DNA of 64,000 bases from Carcharhinus longimanus (lineage: Eukaryota). A program made the translations under genes and the position numbers. The stretch lies in contig JASCQW010000032.1 of assembly GCA_030264375.1 (NCBI GenBank), positions 61,585,942 to 61,649,941 of the forward strand. Direction: 5' to 3'. Below, in pieces: positions 61,300 to 64,000 of this stretch (its first letter is position 1; each line of letters begins with the position of its first letter). A model generated the notes under the pieces. The model was given only the letters and a program-made list of their open reading frames with translations, was not told the DNA's origin and did not search any database.

Positions 61300-61675
61300 T
61301 GTGTATAGGTTTCTCAAGGTTCAAGTCCCACTCCAGGATTTGAGCACAAAAACCAAGGCTACCACTCTAGCGAAGTACTAAGGAATCATTGTATTTTTGG
61401 AATTGCTAACCTTTGATTGATGTGTTAAATTGAAGGCCTATCTGCTTGTTTGAATGGATCTAAAAGATCCTGTTTTGCAGAATATCAATTTTTGGGGTTC
61501 TGGACAGTATTTATCCCTCAATCAACGTCATAAAAACAGATTATCTGGTTACTATCGCATTAGGAATTTGCTGCATGCAAATTAGCTGCCACCTTTCCTA
61601 CTTTACAACAGTAAATATACTTTATTTGCTGGAAAGTGCTTGGAGACATCTGGCAATTGTGGAAAGCAATAGAAG
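61300..61675 (+). mobile_element. DeuSINE-like element (SacSINE1/AmnSINE-related)
   Basis: B box ggttcaagtccc; Deu-domain-like tatttatccctcaatcaac...aacagattatctgg...gcaaattagctgcc...tttcctactttacaacagt. Confidence 0.7.
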
Positions 61676-62299
61676 GAGCTCTTGCATCTATCTATCTAAC
61701 ACACATGATGAGGAAATGAAGGACTCGTAAAATTCTGTGCACGTGACATTGAAATTTCAACAAAACCTTCAAAACTCTGCCTCAGCGGTAGAAAAATGTC
61801 GCAGGAATTTGAAACCTTTCGTTCTGCAATGTCTCAAGCCACACTTGTCTTTACTTCCCAGTGACCAGCACAGGAATTAATCCTGAAATTACTGTCTTTT
61901 GCTGTTTTCCTTTTTAGCCTTAACCCTAGTCTTAGCCCTCAGTCAACATTCCTTAGGAAGTTTGAGAATGTCCCCTGCATCTTTTGGCTAAGTAATTACT
62001 GAGTTTGCTTAAAAGAAGAAAACATTATCAGGTGCGTTAGCCCTGAATTGTGAATTACTCAACCATGGAACCTGACGATAACTCACCAGGATCAAGGAGG
62101 CAAGTTCAAAGTAGGAAGAACTTCTTCAATGAAACTGACAAGCTGAAATGGCTTTGATCAATTCCACCGAAGAGATCCAGCCATGGTCATAGAGAAACTG
62201 CTCTTCAAATCACTTTTCTCAATGGGCGCTTTTACTACTTGACAGATGATTGCTAACTTCTCAGAAGACACTTCAATTGTCCAGCACTTCACTTCTGTT

Positions 62300-63110
62300 T
62301 CCAGCCTTCCTCAGGCATAGAGGCACTTGGGCAGCTCCAATGTCCTCCTCTTCTAAGGGCCAAGAACAGAGGCCACAATATTGCCAACTACTCCAGCAGC
62401 AACATCAGCAGTAGCACTATCTGATTCCCCCTCAGTGTCATGCCCTTATATACAGCATACGGTATGGAAAACAATACCCATTTGGAAGGAGGTTACACCC
62501 CAAACACAAGATCCATCGTTCTCTTGACAAGTCTGAAAACTTGATCTCCTTCCAAGTGGGCCAGATAGGCATGGATTGCCAATGGCCAATAGGGTGTCCA
62601 GCACTAGAGAGCTCTCCCCTAGTTTCTGCCTCTCACCAAGTTTTATGCTCTCTTGCATGGAGACAAAGCAGATAGGTGCATGTTCTCAAAATGACTTACA
62701 TTGCAGAACAGGGGATAACACCACTTGTAAATGGTAAACATAAGGAATGGCTATGAAAGGACAATAGACTGAGAGTGTGAGTGTAGCCTTCTCAATTAAT
62801 ATGTAATGTTCATGCGAGATGAACAAGTAGAATGGTAAAATGTGTTGTTCTGAGGAGTTCTGTGCAAGGGAATGCTGGGCAGATCAGAGCACCTGAAAGC
62901 TATCATGTGCTCCTGAAGGTCTAGAGGCTCAGTGTGCTGTCTCTAGATTGGAGGGGCAAACGTCTGTCACTTACATGCACACCTACTTGGTTGGAGAGGT
63001 TGGTGTCTTGATCCCCTCTTTCACTGCAGTTCCCCAATTTCCTCAGCAGGGTCTCCAGGCAAGGCTGATAACCTCCAATTAGGTGGGACTTTCCACGTCT
63101 CCTCTCCACC
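62300..63110 (-). pseudogene. Third, heavily decayed Harbinger Myb-like gene
   Basis: Minus strand VERRR...LAWR../AEEIG, an intron-like spacer, then a segment ERQKLGES resembling the RERxxTGGG exon of the 37055 copy. Confidence 0.3.
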
Positions 63111-63861
63111 CCTGCGCCGTTAGGAAAAATTCACATCCTGATGAACTTCACTGACACATGGTGTGGTTTATTTAATTTGAAAGTCTTCCTTTGACAGGAT
63201 GGACACATCATCCTGCCATCCATCCCTAATTGGTTGGGGATATCAATTGGTTAAGAGCAACAGTCAGACATGCTTTGTAGAGTTGGGTTCTGTAAGCTGA
63301 TTTACATTTGGCCAATATTGTGGCCTCTGTTCTTACATATTTGCATACTGTTTTAGATTTGAATTTAGTAGGATTTAGTGTGCTTGCTTAACTCAGCCAT
63401 TTTATACCTACTTGTGAACAGAAGCCATTTTGATATTGTTAACCTTTTACAACAAAAACAGTATTATAAATTATTAACTGAGTAGCAACAGATGATTTCA
63501 TTAGAAGGAAGTACCTCAATTACTCTGGTAATGTAATTAATAATCAGTTATTAATTTAAAGTTGCTTTATGTTATTTCTGCACTTCTTTGTTAACATTTC
63601 TTAGGAGACAACTGAAGTGCTGTAATGGCTGGGAAAGAAATTGCGCAAGACTTGGACTCCTTCTCTCTCTAGAACACATGCTGCCCTTGACTGCTGTGTC
63701 TGTCTTAATGAATGGGACTCCTATAAAGACATCAAGATAAGCGAGATAGCCTAAAGGAAGTCATTGTTCTAAGTTTCAGACAACATAAACAATCAGCTAG
63801 AGCCAATGGAGTTAACCCTTGTGACATTGTCGCCAATAATATGGCTAAGGTGTACTTACAT

Positions 63862-64000
63862 GGGCAGGATTTTCCTGCCTTTCTCACTGGTGGGATCTTC
63901 CAGTCCAACCAATGCCGCAGTCCCGCCGTGGGTTTCCCAGTGGTCACCTTCCATTCCCGGAAAACATATTGCGGGGCAGGGGGGTGAGGAGAGAGATACC
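63862..64000. mobile_element. Harbinger-type MITE left end
   Basis: gggcaggattttcc...tgggatcttcc, same terminal motif as the other copies. Confidence 0.5.

Overview
Non-coding, repeat-dense eukaryotic DNA from a draft assembly with many N gaps. The repeats identify it as a cartilaginous fish, most likely a shark: about 18 HE1-type V-SINE copies or fragments and many HER1/CR1 LINE pieces. I found no intact host protein-coding gene, tRNA/rRNA gene or CRISPR array. The listed ORFs are almost all spurious frames through SINEs, LINEs or N runs. Recognisable content: CR1/HER1 LINE fragments, a second CR1-superfamily LINE family, Rex1/Babar 3' ends, a Tx1/L1 3' end, a Gypsy-like solo LTR with a 4-bp TSD, four tRNA-derived SINE families, short TSD-flanked Penelope-like insertions with minimal hammerhead-ribozyme motifs, and PIF/Harbinger relics (three decayed intron-containing Myb/SANT genes, a probable transposase remnant, many GC-rich TIR elements, and a 100-bp MITE with a TTA TSD). 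Between the repeats lie AT-rich, homeobox-motif-rich, CpG-retaining blocks that look like conserved non-coding elements in a gene desert or large intron. Best observations: (i) an HE1-headed SINE whose tail matches the Rex1/Babar 3' stem-loop with a compensatory base-pair change, (ii) hammerhead-bearing mini-Penelope insertions, (iii) the Harbinger set, (iv) a local duplication inside an AT-rich CpG-undepleted island. Family names come from recalled consensus motifs, not database searches. Boundaries are approximate unless a TSD is quoted.
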